Below the pieces are notes generated by a model. The model was not told the DNA's origin, made no database searches, and saw only the letters and a list, made by a program, of their open reading frames with translations. Below, in pieces: positions 40,445-52,081 of a stretch of 64,000 nt of DNA. Origin of the DNA: an uncultured Actinomycetota bacterium (GTDB lineage Bacteria > Actinomycetota > Actinomycetes > Propionibacteriales > Nocardioidaceae). The first letter of the stretch is position 1, and each line of letters opens with the position of its first letter. The translations under genes and the position numbers were made by a program. The stretch is taken from positions 94,263 to 158,262 of the forward strand of contig CAWCHD010000010.1 in NCBI GenBank assembly GCA_963795275.1, given 5' to 3'.

Positions 40445-41727
40445 GCGTCCTGGTCGTGGGGATCTCCCACAAGTCCGCCCCGGTCGAGCTGCTCGAGCGC
40501 CTCGCCATGGACCCCGACGGCGCGGTCAAGCTGGTCGCCGACGCGGTGGCCGGCGAGCACGTCACCGAGGCCGCCGCGATCGTCACGTGCAACCGCCTCG
40601 AGGTCTACGCGCAGGTCGACCGCTTCCACGGGAGCGTCGAGGACCTGTCCGGCCTCTTCGTCGAGCGTGCGTCGCTGGCCACCGAGGCGCTCCTGCCGCA
40701 CCTCTACGTCCACTACGACGAGGGCGCCGTCTCCCACCTCTTCCAGGTGGCGGCCGGCCTCGACTCGATGGTCGTCGGCGAGGGCCAGATCCTCGGCCAG
40801 ACCCGCAACGCGCTGCGCGTCGGCCAGGAGCACGGCACCGTCGGCCCCGTCCTCAACACCCTCTTCCAGCAGGCGTTGCGCGTGGGCAAGCGCGCCCACG
40901 CCGAGACCGACATCGACCGGGCCGCGCCGTCGCTCGTCACCGCCGCGCTCGAGCGCAGCATCGTCCCGGTGGAAGGTGCCCGCGTCCTCGTGATCGGTGC
41001 CGGCGCGATGGCCTCGCTGGCCGCCGCCCACCTCTCGCGCGGCGGCGCGTCCGCGATCACGGTGCTCAACCGCAGCGCCGCCAGCGCCGAACGCCTCGCC
41101 CAGGAGTACGGCGCCCGCTCGGCGCCGCTGGCCGCGCTCGCCGACGAGCTGCCGCTGGCCGACATCGTCGTCTCCTGCACCGGTGCCCCCGAGCCGCTGG
41201 TCCGCCTCGCCGACGTGGTCACCGCCCGCGCCGGCAGCGACCGCCCGCTGGTCGTCATCGACCTCGCACTGCCCCACGACGTCGACCCGTCGGTCGCCGA
41301 CCTGCCCGGTGTCGAGCTGATCAGCCTGGCCGGCCTCGCCGACGAGCTGCGCGGCCTCGAGGCGGCCGCGGGCGTCGACGACGTACGCACCATCGTGGCG
41401 CAGGAGATCGCCGCCTTCCTGGCCGTACGTCGCCAGGCGAGCGTCACCCCGACCGTCGTGGCCCTGCGGTCGATGGCCACCTCGGTCGTCGACGCCGAGA
41501 TGCAGCGGCTCGCCGCCCGGCTGCCCGAGCTCGACGACGCCACCCGCGCCGAGGTGCTGCAGACGGTCCGCCGGGTCGCCGACAAGCTGCTCCACGAGCC
41601 GACCGTCCGGGTCAAGGAGCTCGCCGACGCCGAGCCCGCCGTGTCCTACACCGCCGCGCTGGCCGAGCTGTTCCGCCTCGACCCCGAGGCCGTCGACGCC
41701 GTGACGCGAGCGGAGGGCAAGCCATGA
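40441..41727 (+). CDS. hemA: Glutamyl-tRNA reductase
   Basis: GISHKSAP, TCNRLEVY, GLDSMVVGEGQILGQ, IGAGAM, IDLALPHDVD, KLLHEPT. Confidence 0.97.
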   Translation: MSVLVVGISHKSAPVELLERLAMDPDGAVKLVADAVAGEHVTEAAAIVTCNRLEVYAQVDRFHGSVEDLSGLFVERASLATEALLPHLYVHYDEGAVSHLFQVAAGLDSMVVGEGQILGQTRNALRVGQEHGTVGPVLNTLFQQALRVGKRAHAETDIDRAAPSLVTAALERSIVPVEGARVLVIGAGAMASLAAAHLSRGGASAITVLNRSAASAERLAQEYGARSAPLAALADELPLADIVVSCTGAPEPLVRLADVVTARAGSDRPLVVIDLALPHDVDPSVADLPGVELISLAGLADELRGLEAAAGVDDVRTIVAQEIAAFLAVRRQASVTPTVVALRSMATSVVDAEMQRLAARLPELDDATRAEVLQTVRRVADKLLHEPTVRVKELADAEPAVSYTAALAELFRLDPEAVDAVTRAEGKP

Positions 41728-42665
41728 CCGTCCTCCGTCTCGGGACCCGCGCCTCCGCGCTGGCCACCACCCAGTCCGGCCTCGTCGCGGACCTGATCCG
41801 CGAGCGCCTCGGCCGCGAGGTCGAGCTCGTCGAGGTGTCCACCGAGGGCGACCGCAGCACCGCACCGCTGGCCGCGCTCGGCGGCACCGGCGTCTTCGTC
41901 AGCGCGCTGCGCGACGCCCTGCTCGCCGGCACGGTCGACGTCGCGGTCCACTCGCTCAAGGACCTCCCGACCACGCCCGCCGACGGCATCGCGCTGGCCG
42001 CCGTGCCGCAGCGCGAGGACCCGCGCGACGCGGTCGTCGCGCGCGACGGGCTCACGCTCGGCGAGCTGCCCGTCGGCAGCCGCCTCGGCACCGGATCGCC
42101 CCGTCGGGTGAGCCAGCTCGAGGCGCTCGGCCTCGGTCTCGAGATCGCCGGCATCCGCGGCAACGTCGACACCCGGATCCGCAAGGTCCGCGACGGGTCG
42201 TACGACGCCGTGGTCCTGGCCCGCGCCGGGCTCGCGCGCCTCGGTCGCCTCGACGAGATCACCGAGGTGCTCGACCCCCTCCAGATGCTTCCCGCCCCCG
42301 GGCAGGGCGCGCTCGCCATCGAGTGCCGCTCCAGCGACACCGACCTGGTGGCCGCGCTCGGCCGGCTGGACGACGCCCCCACCCGTGCCGCGGTCACCGC
42401 GGAGCGGGCCGTGCTCAACGCCCTCGAGGCCGGTTGCTCCGCCCCGCTGGGCGCGCTGGCCGAGGTCGTCGAGGGCGAGGACGGGGAGGAGCTGTGGCTG
42501 CGCGCCGTGGCCCTCTCCGAGGACGGCGGCCTCTCCGTACGGATGAGCGCCACCGGCCCGGTCACCGAGGCCGAACAGCTCGGCAGACGACTCGCGAGCG
42601 ACATGCTCGACGACGGAGCAGCAGACCTGATGCACGCACCACCAGTGAGGAACACACACGCATGA
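41724..42665 (+). CDS. hemC: Hydroxymethylbilane synthase
   Basis: LGTRASALA, AVHSLKDLP, REDPRD, GTGSPRR, RGNVDTR, PAPGQGAL, GCSAP. Confidence 0.97.
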   Translation: MTVLRLGTRASALATTQSGLVADLIRERLGREVELVEVSTEGDRSTAPLAALGGTGVFVSALRDALLAGTVDVAVHSLKDLPTTPADGIALAAVPQREDPRDAVVARDGLTLGELPVGSRLGTGSPRRVSQLEALGLGLEIAGIRGNVDTRIRKVRDGSYDAVVLARAGLARLGRLDEITEVLDPLQMLPAPGQGALAIECRSSDTDLVAALGRLDDAPTRAAVTAERAVLNALEAGCSAPLGALAEVVEGEDGEELWLRAVALSEDGGLSVRMSATGPVTEAEQLGRRLASDMLDDGAADLMHAPPVRNTHA

Positions 42666-44314
42666 CGCGAGTACAGACCCCGCAGGCCACCGCCACCGGA
42701 CAGGGCAAGGCGGCCACCCCCGGCTGGGTGTCGTTCGTCGGCAGCGGGCCGGGCGACCCGGGCCTGCTGACGGTGCGCGCCGTGGAGCTGATCCAGAGCG
42801 CCGAGGTCGTCGTCACCGAGGCGCCCGAGCACGTCGACCTGGTCCGCACGGTCCTCGGCCTGCCCCTGGGCGCCGAGGGTGGTCCGGAGATCGTCGACGG
42901 CGGCTTCGGCGAGGACGGCCAGCCGCTGACCCACGCGGCCCGCGCCAAGGTCGTCGTACGCCTCGGCAAGAAGCAGCGCGTCGTGCGCCTGATGACCGGT
43001 GACCCCTTCCTCTACGCCTCCGGGCCCGAGGAGGCGCAGGCCTGCGTCAAGGCCGGCGTCGGCTTCGAGGTCGTCCCCGGCGTCTCCTCGGTGAGCGCGG
43101 TCCCGGCCTACGCCGGCATCCCGCTGACCGACAAGCGCCACCGCGAGCTCGCCGTGGTCACCTGCGGCGACAAGGTCGACTGGAGCTCCTACGCCGACGA
43201 CCGCACGCTCGTCCTGCTCTCCGGCGTCGGCAGCATCGGCGAGACCGCCGCTGCGCTGGTCGAGGCCGGGCGCTCGCCCGAGACGCCCGTCGCGGTGACC
43301 CGCGTCGGCACCACGACCGAGCAGCAGACCCTCATCTCGACGCTGGCCACCATCGCCGCCGACGTCCGCGCCGCGCGCATCGCCCCGCCGGCGATCATCG
43401 TGATCGGCGACGTCGTCGACCTGCGCCAGACGCTGTCGTGGTTCGAGACCAAGCCGCTCTTCGGCTGGCGCGCCCTGGTGCCCCGCACCAAGGAGCAGGC
43501 CGGCTCGCTGTCGCGCCGCCTCCGCGAGTACGGCGCCGTGCCCGAGGAGGTGCCGACCATCTCGGTCGAGCCGCCGCGCAACCCGCTCCAGATGGACAAG
43601 GCCGTCCGCGGCCTCGTCGAGGGTCGCTACGAGTGGATCGCCTTCACCTCGGTCAACGCGGTCAAGGCCGTGCGCGAGAAGTTCGAGGACTACGGCCTCG
43701 ACGCCCGCGCGTTCTCCGGCCTCAAGATCGCGGCCGTGGGCGACAAGACCGCCCAGGCGATCGCCGACTGGGGACTGCGCGCCGACCTGGTGCCGTCCGG
43801 TGAGCAGTCCGCCGCCGGCCTGCTCGAGGAGTGGCCGCCCTTCGACGACGTGCTCGACCCGATCAACCGGGTCTTCCTGCCGCGCGCCGACATCGCGACC
43901 GAGAACCTCGTCGCCGGCCTGGTCGACCTCGGCTGGGAGTGCGACGACGTGACGGCCTACCGCACGGTGCGCGCCACCCCGCCGCCCGCGCCGGTGCGCG
44001 ACGCGATCAAGACCGGCAAGTTCGACGCCGTCGTCTTCACCTCGTCCTCGACCGTGCGCAACCTCGTCGGCATCGCCGGCAAGCCGCACCCGTCGACGAT
44101 CATCGCGGTGATCGGGCCGCAGACGGCGAAGACCGCCGAGGAGCACGGCCTCCGGGTCGACGTCCTCGCGCCGTCGCCCGACGTCGAGGTCCTCGTGGAC
44201 GCGCTCGCCGACTTCGGCGCCTCGCGCCGCCTCGCGATGCTGGAGGCGGGCGAGCCCGTCACCCGGCCGAGCGAGCGCACCGCCTCGGGCCGCCGGAAGG
44301 CGCGCGCGAAGTGA
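42662..44314 (+). CDS. hemD: Bifunctional uroporphyrinogen-III methyltransferase/synthase
   Basis: [22 protein letters not shown]; [31 protein letters not shown]. Confidence 0.93.
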   Translation: MTRVQTPQATATGQGKAATPGWVSFVGSGPGDPGLLTVRAVELIQSAEVVVTEAPEHVDLVRTVLGLPLGAEGGPEIVDGGFGEDGQPLTHAARAKVVVRLGKKQRVVRLMTGDPFLYASGPEEAQACVKAGVGFEVVPGVSSVSAVPAYAGIPLTDKRHRELAVVTCGDKVDWSSYADDRTLVLLSGVGSIGETAAALVEAGRSPETPVAVTRVGTTTEQQTLISTLATIAADVRAARIAPPAIIVIGDVVDLRQTLSWFETKPLFGWRALVPRTKEQAGSLSRRLREYGAVPEEVPTISVEPPRNPLQMDKAVRGLVEGRYEWIAFTSVNAVKAVREKFEDYGLDARAFSGLKIAAVGDKTAQAIADWGLRADLVPSGEQSAAGLLEEWPPFDDVLDPINRVFLPRADIATENLVAGLVDLGWECDDVTAYRTVRATPPPAPVRDAIKTGKFDAVVFTSSSTVRNLVGIAGKPHPSTIIAVIGPQTAKTAEEHGLRVDVLAPSPDVEVLVDALADFGASRRLAMLEAGEPVTRPSERTASGRRKARAK

Positions 44315-45309
44315 CCGACGGGCACCGCGAGATCCAGCCCCCGCTCGTCCGGCCCCGCCGGCTGCGGCGCACTCCTGCGCTGCGCCGGATGGTGGCCGAG
44401 ACGGCGGTCCGGCCGAGCTCGCTGGTGCTCCCGGTCTTCATCCGTGAGAACGCGACCGAGCCGCGGCCGATCGCCTCGATGCCGGGCGTCGTCCAGCACT
44501 CGCGCGACTCGCTGAAGGCGGCGGTCAACGAGGCGGCCGAGCTCGGCCTCGGCGGCGTGATGCTCTTCGGCATCCCGGAGACCAAGGACGCCACCGGCTC
44601 CGGCGGCATCGACCCCGCCGGCGTGCTCAACCTCGCGATCACCGACGTGGTCGCCGAGGTCGGCGACCAGCTCACGGTGATGTCCGACCTGTGCCTCGAC
44701 GAGTTCACCGACCACGGCCACTGCGGGCTGCTCACGCCCGACGGTGACGTCGACAACGACCTCACGCTGGCGGCGTACGCCCGGATGGCGCTCGCGCAGG
44801 CCGCTGCCGGCGTCGACATGGTCGGGCCCAGCGGCATGATGGACGGCCAGGTCGGCGTGGTGCGCGACGCCCTCGACGCGGCCGGCCACCACCACGTCTC
44901 GATCCTCGCCTACTCCGCGAAGTACGCCTCGGCGTTCTTCGGGCCCTTCCGCGAGGCCGTCGACTCCTCCCTGGTCGGCGACCGCAAGACCTACCAGCAG
45001 GACCCCGCCAACGCCGTCGAGGGCGTGCGCGAGGTGCTCCTCGACATCGAGCAGGGCGCCGACATCGTCATGGTGAAGCCCGCCCTGGCCTACCTCGACG
45101 TGATCCGCCGCGTGCGCGACGCCGTCGACATCCCGGTGGCCGCCTACAACATCTCCGGCGAGTACTCCATGGTCGAGGCCGCCGCCGCCAACGGCTGGAT
45201 CGACCGCGAGGCCGCCATCCTGGAGACCCTCACCTCGATCAGCCGCGCCGGCGCCGACGTGATCCTCACCTACTGGGCCGCCGAGGCCGCGAGGCTGCTC
45301 CGCGCCTGA
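44311..45309 (+). CDS. hemB: Porphobilinogen synthase
   Basis: [47 protein letters not shown]. Confidence 0.97.
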   Translation: MTDGHREIQPPLVRPRRLRRTPALRRMVAETAVRPSSLVLPVFIRENATEPRPIASMPGVVQHSRDSLKAAVNEAAELGLGGVMLFGIPETKDATGSGGIDPAGVLNLAITDVVAEVGDQLTVMSDLCLDEFTDHGHCGLLTPDGDVDNDLTLAAYARMALAQAAAGVDMVGPSGMMDGQVGVVRDALDAAGHHHVSILAYSAKYASAFFGPFREAVDSSLVGDRKTYQQDPANAVEGVREVLLDIEQGADIVMVKPALAYLDVIRRVRDAVDIPVAAYNISGEYSMVEAAAANGWIDREAAILETLTSISRAGADVILTYWAAEAARLLRA

Positions 45310-45335
45310 GTCGGCAACGGCCCTCCCGCCGCCCG

Positions 45336-45690
45336 AGCGGTGGTGGAGCGACATTCGGCAGTCGCCGAATGTCGCTGGGGCACCGCTGACCCGCGTGTCG
45401 TCGTACGACACGGCCGGCAGCGGTGGTGGAGCGACGTTCTGGTGCCGCGGAACGTGGGTGGGCCACCGCTTGCCGAGCGGTGGCTGAGGAGGGTTTGCGG
45501 GCCGCGGGATGCCCCACACGCACCGCTGGGCGGTCGTCGTACGCCGCGCGCGCAGCAGCGGTGGTGGAGCGACATTCCGCCACCGCAGAAGGTGGGTGGA
45601 CCACCGCTCGTCCGCGTGGGTCGTACGACACGCCCGGCAGCGGTGGCGGAGCGACGTTCTGGGGCCGCGGAAGGTGGGTGGGCCACCGCT
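45336..45690. repeat. Array of five 52-nt REP-like palindromes
   Basis: AGCGGTGG...CACCGCT units at 45336, 45419, 45476, 45557 and 45639; three ~30-nt spacers contain tcgtacg. Confidence 0.85.
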
Positions 45691-45700
45691 CCGAGGGCCG

Positions 45701-46934
45701 TCAGGGGTTGAGCAGGTTCGCCACGCAGGCGTCGAGGGCCGACTTCTGGCTGGGGGAGAGGGCGAGCATGCCCAGCACTCCGCTCACGATCCCGTCGAGG
45801 CCGAGGTCCGTGAGGCACTTCGCCGTGGCCTGGGCCTGGGTCAGCGTCTGCGAGATCGTGGCCGTCGGGAGCGGCGGCAGCGTCGTCGGCAGGATCGTCG
45901 GGAGCGTCGTCGGGACCGCGGTGGTCGGCACGGCGGTCGTCGGCGACTTCGTCGGCGTCTCGGTCGGGGTCTGGGTCGGCGTCTGGGTGGGCGTCGGCGT
46001 GGGGGTCTGGGTCGGCGTCGGCGTCGCGGGTGGTGGTGGGCGTCTTCGTCGGCTTCACGGTCGGCGTCGAGGTGCTCAGGGCGCCGCCGGTGGGCCCGCC
46101 CTTGCCGCCCTTGCGGCCACCGCCGGTGCCCTTCGTCTCGGGCATGATCACGCCCGAGGTGAGGACCGAGGACGGGACGGCGCTGAAGTCGCCGTCCATG
46201 TAGGCCCGCATGATCGACAGGACCAGGTCGACGTAGTCGTTGGAGTGGTTGTAGCGGTAGACCGAGGCGCGCTGGCCCTTCTCCTGCGACAGGTCGTCGT
46301 CGCCCGAGCAGAGGTAGACGGCGGTCGCGAGGGCCGCGTCGTCGATGTCCTGCGGGTTGCGCGTGCCGTCGCTGTCGCCGTCCACGCCGACGACCGACCA
46401 GGTCGAGGGGATGAACTGCATCGGGCCGACCGCGCGGTCCCACTTCGAGTCGTCGTCGTACTGGCCGCCGTCGGTGTCGGCGATGCTCTGGGTGTTGTTC
46501 TTGCCGTTGAGGGCGATGCCGTAGATGCCGGGGCGGGCCACGCCCTCGTCGTCGAGCATGTTGCCGCCGAAGCGACCGTGGTCGGACTCCACGCGGCCGA
46601 TCGCCGCGATCAGCTCCCACGGGATGGCGCAGCCGCGGTCGGCCTTGTTGATCACGGCCTCCGCGCGCTGGTAGGCGGTGAGCGCGGCCTGCGGGATGCT
46701 GCTCGCCGAGCCGGGGGTGAGGGCGGCGGCGCGGGTGACGGCGTCGCCGACGCTGGCGGGCGCCTCGATGGCCGAGGCCGGCAGCACGGTCCCGTCGGGG
46801 AGGGTGCCGGGGCCGTCCTCGTCGGCGCTCGCGGCGGTCACGCCCACGCCTGCGAGGCTGGCGGTCCAGGCAGCACTCAGCACGGCCAGCGGGACGATGA
46901 TCGTCGCCCTGTGGAGTCGCTTTGCACTCGACAT
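45701..46934 (-). CDS. Secreted lytic transglycosylase with P/T-rich tail (frameshift near 46025)
   Basis: [48 protein letters not shown]. Confidence 0.88.
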
Positions 46935-46997
46935 GTCTCTTGCTCCCCTTGTAGTGCTGCACGCCATGATGCCCCCTCCGGACATCGCGTACACCCC

Positions 46998-47026
46998 CCA
47001 ACGAGTGAAAAGCGCCACAAGTTACG
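46998..47026 (-). promoter_or_regulatory. BldN-type ECF promoter of the lytic transglycosylase
   Basis: Minus strand CGTAAC-N17-CGTTGG. Confidence 0.65.
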
Positions 47027-47114
47027 CACCGGTACCCGTGACTCGCTGCGGACGGCGGGGCGAGCGGCCCGACGCCGAATGGGCAGCCTTGGCCGGCTAC
47101 GCGACAATGAAGGG

Positions 47115-48461
47115 GTGACCCCCGCTACGACGCCTGCCACGACAGCGGCCAGCGAGGCGCTCTTCGACCGCGCTCGCGCCGTGACGCCGGGAGGCGTGAA
47201 CTCGCCGGTCCGGGCCTTCACCGCGGTCGGCGGCACCCCCCGCTTCATCACCTCCGCGTCCGGCGCCTGGCTGACCGACGCCGACGGCAACGACTACGTC
47301 GACCTGATCTGCTCCTGGGGCCCGATGCTGCTCGGCCACGCGCACCCCGACGTGCAGGCGGCCGTCGCGGGAGCGGTGGCCCGCGGTACGTCGTACGGCA
47401 CCCCCACCGAGCCCGAGGTCGAGCTGGCCGAGGAGATCGTCGCGCGCACCCCGGTCGAGCGGGTCCGGTTCGTCTCCAGCGGCACCGAGGCGACGATGTC
47501 GGCGATCCGGCTGGCGCGCGGCGCGACCGGTCGCGACCTCGTCGTGAAGTTCGCCGGCTGCTACCACGGCCACGTCGACTCGCTGCTCGCCGAGGCCGGC
47601 TCCGGGGTCGCGACCCTCGCGGTGCCCGGCACCAGCGGCGTGCCGGCGACGTCGGCGGCCGAGACGCTGGTCCTGCCCTACAACGACCGCGAGGCCGTCC
47701 GGCTGGCCTTCGAGCGGCACGGCGACCGGATCGCCTGCCTGATGACCGAGGCGTTCCCCGGCAACATGGGCGTCGTCCCGCCCGCGCCGGGCTTCAACGC
47801 CTTCCTCGCCGAGACCTGCCGCGCCCACGGTGCGCTGTTCATCAGCGACGAGGTGATGACCGGCTTCCGCGCCACCGAGCAGGGCGGCTGGGGCCTGGAT
47901 GGGGCCATCGAGGGCTGGGTACCCGACCTGATGACCTTCGGAAAAGTGATGGGTGGCGGGTTCCCCGCCGCAGCCTTCGGCGGCCGTGCCGACCTCATGT
48001 CCCACCTCGCGCCCGAGGGGCCCGTCTACCAGGCCGGCACCCTGTCGGGGAACCCGGTCGCGACCACCGCCGGGCTCGCCACGCTGCGACTGGCGACGCC
48101 CGAGGTGTACGCCCAGCTCGACGCGACGGCGCTGACCATCCGCAACGCGGTGGCCGAGCACCTCGAGGCCGCGTCCGTCCCGCACGTCGTGCAGGCGGCG
48201 GGCACGATGTTCTCGGTGTTCTTCCGCGACCAGCCGGTGCGCGACTTCGCCGAGGCCGCGCCAGCAGGACACCGCGGCCTACGCCGCCTTCTTCCACTCG
48301 ATGCTCGACCAGGGCGTCTACCTGCCCCCGTCGGCGTACGAGGCGTGGTTCGTCTCCGCGGCCCACGACGACCGCGCGATCTCGACGATCATCGACGCGC
48401 TCCCCGCCGCCGCGCTCGCCGCTGCGACCGCCTCCGGCACGTCGACGAGGGAGGCCGCTGA
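47115..48461 (+). CDS. hemL: Glutamate-1-semialdehyde 2,1-aminomutase (frameshift near 48260)
   Basis: [65 protein letters not shown]. Confidence 0.93.
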   Translation: MTPATTPATTAASEALFDRARAVTPGGVNSPVRAFTAVGGTPRFITSASGAWLTDADGNDYVDLICSWGPMLLGHAHPDVQAAVAGAVARGTSYGTPTEPEVELAEEIVARTPVERVRFVSSGTEATMSAIRLARGATGRDLVVKFAGCYHGHVDSLLAEAGSGVATLAVPGTSGVPATSAAETLVLPYNDREAVRLAFERHGDRIACLMTEAFPGNMGVVPPAPGFNAFLAETCRAHGALFISDEVMTGFRATEQGGWGLDGAIEGWVPDLMTFGKVMGGGFPAAAFGGRADLMSHLAPEGPVYQAGTLSGNPVATTAGLATLRLATPEVYAQLDATALTIRNAVAEHLEAASVPHVVQAAGTMFSVFFRDQPVRDFAEAAPAGHRGLRRLLPLDARPGRLPAPVGVRGVVRLRGPRRPRDLDDHRRAPRRRARRCDRLRHVDEGGR

Positions 48462-48462
48462 G

Positions 48463-49145
48463 ATGGGCGTCCAGACCATCGTCCACCTGCTGCGCCACGG
48501 TGAGGTGCACAACCCCGAGGGCGTGCTCTACGGCCGCCGCGACGGGTTCCACCTCTCCGACCTCGGCAACCAGATGGCCCAGCGGATCGCCGACACCATC
48601 GGCGACCGCGACATCGTGCACATCCGTACGTCGCCGCTCGAGCGCGCGCAGGAGACCGGGCGCGCCGCTCGCCGCGGTGCGCGGCCTGACGCCCGTCATC
48701 GACCCGCGGGTGATCGAGTCGAGCAACAAGTTCGAGGGGATGAGCTTCGCCGACGGGCGGCATGACCTTCGTCAAGAGGCCGCACCTGCTGCGCTTCATG
48801 TACAACCCGCTGCAAGCCGTCGTGGGGCGAGCCCTACGACGAGATCGCCGCGCGGATGGTCGCCGCGGTCCACGACGCCCGCGACGCTGCCGTCGGCCAC
48901 GAGGCCGTGGTGGTCTCCCACCAGCTGCCGATCTGGACGACGCGGCTGTTCCTCGAGAAGCGCAGCTACCTCCACCACCCGCAAGAACCGCCAGTGCACG
49001 CTGTGCTCGCTGACGAGCATCGTCTTCGACGACGACCGGATGGTGCAGGTGCGCTACTCCGAGCCCGCCGGCGACCTGATCCCCGTCGCCGACCGGTCCG
49101 CCCCGTTCTCGGCCGGCGGCGCCGCCGCAGGAGGACCGGCCCTGA
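48463..49145 (+). CDS. Histidine phosphatase family protein (multiple frameshifts)
   Basis: [36 protein letters not shown]. Confidence 0.82.
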
Positions 49146-49717
49146 GGATCCTCCGCGCGCTCGTCGTACCCCTCGTGGGGCTTGCCTGCCTGCTCGCGCT
49201 GGCGGGCTGCTCGAGCCTGTCCGGCACCGGCGACAAGGGCTACATCACCGGCGAGGGCGTGCCCACGGAGGTCAAGGCCGTCGACCGCGGCGCACCGGTC
49301 GAGCTGACCGGCACCGACCTCGACGGCGACGACGTCGACCTCGCCGACCTGCGCGGCAAGCCGGTCGTGGTCAACGTGTGGTGGTCGGAGTGCCCGCCGT
49401 GCCGCGTCGAGCAGCCCGACCTCAACGAGGCGGCCGCCGAGCTCGGCGACTCGGTGGCCTTCCTCGGCCTCAACATCCGCGACTCCGGGCGTGGAGAAGG
49501 CGCAGGCCTTCGTCCGCAACTACGAGGTGCCCTACCCCTCGATCTACGCCCCCGACGGCCGCGGCGCTGCTGTCCTTCGCCGGCACGCTCAACCCGCGCT
49601 CCATCCCGAGCACGGTGGTGCTCGACGAGGAGGGCCGCGTCGCCGCGTCGGTCCAGGGCCGGATCCCGACGCACCCAGACGCTGCTCTCCCTGGTCGAGG
49701 CGGTCACCGGTGAGTGA
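49142..49717 (+). CDS. TlpA/ResA thiol-disulfide oxidoreductase lipoprotein (frameshifted, start approximate)
   Basis: LAGC lipobox, GKPVVVNVWWSECPPCRVE, IPSTVVLD. Confidence 0.85.
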   Translation: MRILRALVVPLVGLACLLALAGCSSLSGTGDKGYITGEGVPTEVKAVDRGAPVELTGTDLDGDDVDLADLRGKPVVVNVWWSECPPCRVEQPDLNEAAAELGDSVAFLGLNIRDSGRGEGAGLRPQLRGALPLDLRPRRPRRCCPSPARSTRAPSRARWCSTRRAASPRRSRAGSRRTQTLLSLVEAVTGE

Positions 49718-50456
49718 CTGGTTCCGCGAGACCGCGCTGTCGGGGTCGCTCGTCCTCGCGCTGCCGGTCGCGCTCGTCGCCGGGCTGGTGTCGTTCTTCA
49801 GCCCCTGCGTGATCCCGCTGCTGCCGGGCTACCTGTCCTACGCCACCGGCATCTCCGGCGGTGACCTCGAGGACGCGAAGCGCAGCCGGCTCGTCACCGG
49901 CGCGGTCCTCTTCGTGCTCGGCTTCGCGCTGGTCTTCGTGCTCCTCGGCAGCCTCACCGGTGCCGCCGGCGCGTGGCTGTTCGTGCACACCCGCCAGCTC
50001 AACGTCGTGCTCGGCGTCATCACGATCCTGCTCGGCATCGCGTTCCTCGGCGCCTTCGGCTTCCTCCAGCGCGACTGGCGCATCCACAAGGTGCCCGCGG
50101 TCGGCCTGGCCGCGGCGCCGGTGATCGGCTTCCTCTTCGGGGTCGGCTGGACGCCGTGCGTGGGCCCGACGCTCGCCGCGATCAACGTGCTCTCGGTCAA
50201 CGAGGCCACCGCCACCCGCGGCGCCGTGCTGTCCGCGGTCTTCGCGCTCGGGCTCGGGCTGCCCTTCATCGCCGCCGCCCTGGCCTACCGCCGGATGACG
50301 CGCGCCTTCGCCGTCGTACGCCGCCACCAGATGCTCATCGTCCGCCTCGGCGGCGTGATGATGATCGTCGTCGGCGTCCTCCTCGTCACCGGCTGGTGGG
50401 AGCGGCTCGTGCAGTGGCTCCAGGGCGTCGTCCTCGGGTTCTGGGTGCCGGTGTGA
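49710..50456 (+). CDS. ccdA: Cytochrome c biogenesis protein CcdA
   Basis: AGLVSFFSPCVIPLLPGYLSY, GWTPCVGPTL, GLGLPF. Confidence 0.93.
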   Translation: MSDWFRETALSGSLVLALPVALVAGLVSFFSPCVIPLLPGYLSYATGISGGDLEDAKRSRLVTGAVLFVLGFALVFVLLGSLTGAAGAWLFVHTRQLNVVLGVITILLGIAFLGAFGFLQRDWRIHKVPAVGLAAAPVIGFLFGVGWTPCVGPTLAAINVLSVNEATATRGAVLSAVFALGLGLPFIAAALAYRRMTRAFAVVRRHQMLIVRLGGVMMIVVGVLLVTGWWERLVQWLQGVVLGFWVPV

Positions 50457-52081
50457 CCCAGCTCGACCGACGTCCCTCCGACGACCGCCAGGCCACCCCG
50501 CTGCCCGCCGACCTCGACGCGCGCGACCTCGCCCGGTGGAGCTGGCGCCAGCTCACCTCGATGCGTACGGCGCTCGTGCTGCTGCTGCTGCTCGCGCTCG
50601 CCGTCGATCCCGGGCTCGGTGATCCCGCAGGAGGACATCGACTCCCTCGCGGTCTCGCAGTGGCGCGACAACCACCCCCGGCTCGCGCCCGATCTGGGAC
50701 CGGCTCGACCTGTTCTCGGTCTACGGCTCGGTGTGGTTCTCCGCGATCTACATCCTGCTGATGATCTCGCTCGTCGGGTGCATCATCCCGCGCCTCTTCG
50801 TCTACGCCCGCGCCCTGCGAGCCCGGCCGCCCGCGCGCACCCCGCCACCTCTCGCGGCTGCCCGAGAGCACGTCGTACACCACCGACGAGGACCCCGACG
50901 TCGTGCTGCGCCGGGCCGAGGACGTCATCCGGCGCCGCCGCTTCCGGGTCGACTGGGACGCGGGCAGCGACGCCGTCGCCGCCGAGCGCGGACACCTGCG
51001 CGAGGCCGGCAACCTGCTCTTCCACCTCGCCGTGATCGTCGTGCTGGTCGGCGTCGCGGTCGGCAGCCTGTTCGGCTACAAGGGCGGCGTCATCATGTTC
51101 GACGGCAAGGACTACGGCTTCTCCAACAACCTCACGCAGTACGACGACTTCGCCCCCGGCAGCCTCTTCGACCCCGACGTGATGGAGCCGTTCTCCTTCG
51201 ACATCACCGACTTCGACGTCGACTGGCTGACCGAGGGCGACCGCGCGGGCATGGCGCGCGAGTTCGTCTCCGCAGCTCGACTACGAGACCGAGCCCGGCG
51301 GCGAGACGCAGGACTACGACCTCAGGGTCAACCACCCGCTGACCATCGGCGGCACCGACGTCTTCCTCATCGGCCACGGCTACGCGCCGGTCATCACGAT
51401 CCGCGACGGCGAGGGCAAGGTCACCCAGAGCGGCCCGGTGGTGTTCCTGCCGACCAACGCGCAGACCTTCGAGTCCTTCGGCGTGGTCAAGGCCGCCGTC
51501 GCCCAGCCGAGCAGATCGGGCTCGAGGGCACCTTCTACCCGACCTTCGCGATGGGCCGCGACGCCGACGGCAACCTGACCATGCCGTCGTCGGTCTTCGG
51601 CTACGCCATCGACCCGCTGGTCTCGATGAGCCTGTGGACCGGCGACCTCGGCATCGACGACGGCACCGCGTCGTCGGTCTACGTCCTCGACAAGGCCGAC
51701 GCGACCCAGGTCCTGAAGGACGACGGCCAGCCGTTCCGGATGGACCTGCGTCCCGGCGACACCGTGACGCTGCCCGACGGGCTCGGCACGGTGACGTTCG
51801 AGGGCGTGCAGCGCTGGAACAAGATCCAGATCAGCCGCACGCCCCGGCAAGCTGGTGGCGCTCGGCGGCGTCGTGCCGCCCTGGTCGGCCTGCTGGGCTC
51901 GCTCTTCGTGCGCCCGCGCCGGATGTGGGTGCGCGCGCGCAGGCAGGACGACGGCACCACGCTGGTCGAGGTGGCGCGGCTCGACCGGTCGTCCGGCGGA
52001 GACCCCGAGGACGGCGCGGCCGAGCTCGGGGACGGCATCGTGGCAGCACTGAAGACGAACAGACAGGAAGGACGGTCGTGA
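50453..52081 (+). CDS. resB: Cytochrome c biogenesis protein ResB/Ccs1 (multiple frameshifts)
   Basis: WRQLTSMRTAL, WFSAIY..L..SLVGCIIPR, REAGNLLFH, VNHPL, SLFVRPRRMW. Confidence 0.87.

Noticed and set aside
45336-45690. CRISPR array
   Set aside because: Repeats are degenerate 52-nt palindromes, spacers resemble each other and one is only 5 nt; no cas genes or leader
48301-48765. HemL-histidine phosphatase fusion
   Set aside because: Lies in an indel-rich zone; ggagg RBS and a TGA just before ATG 48463 indicate separate genes
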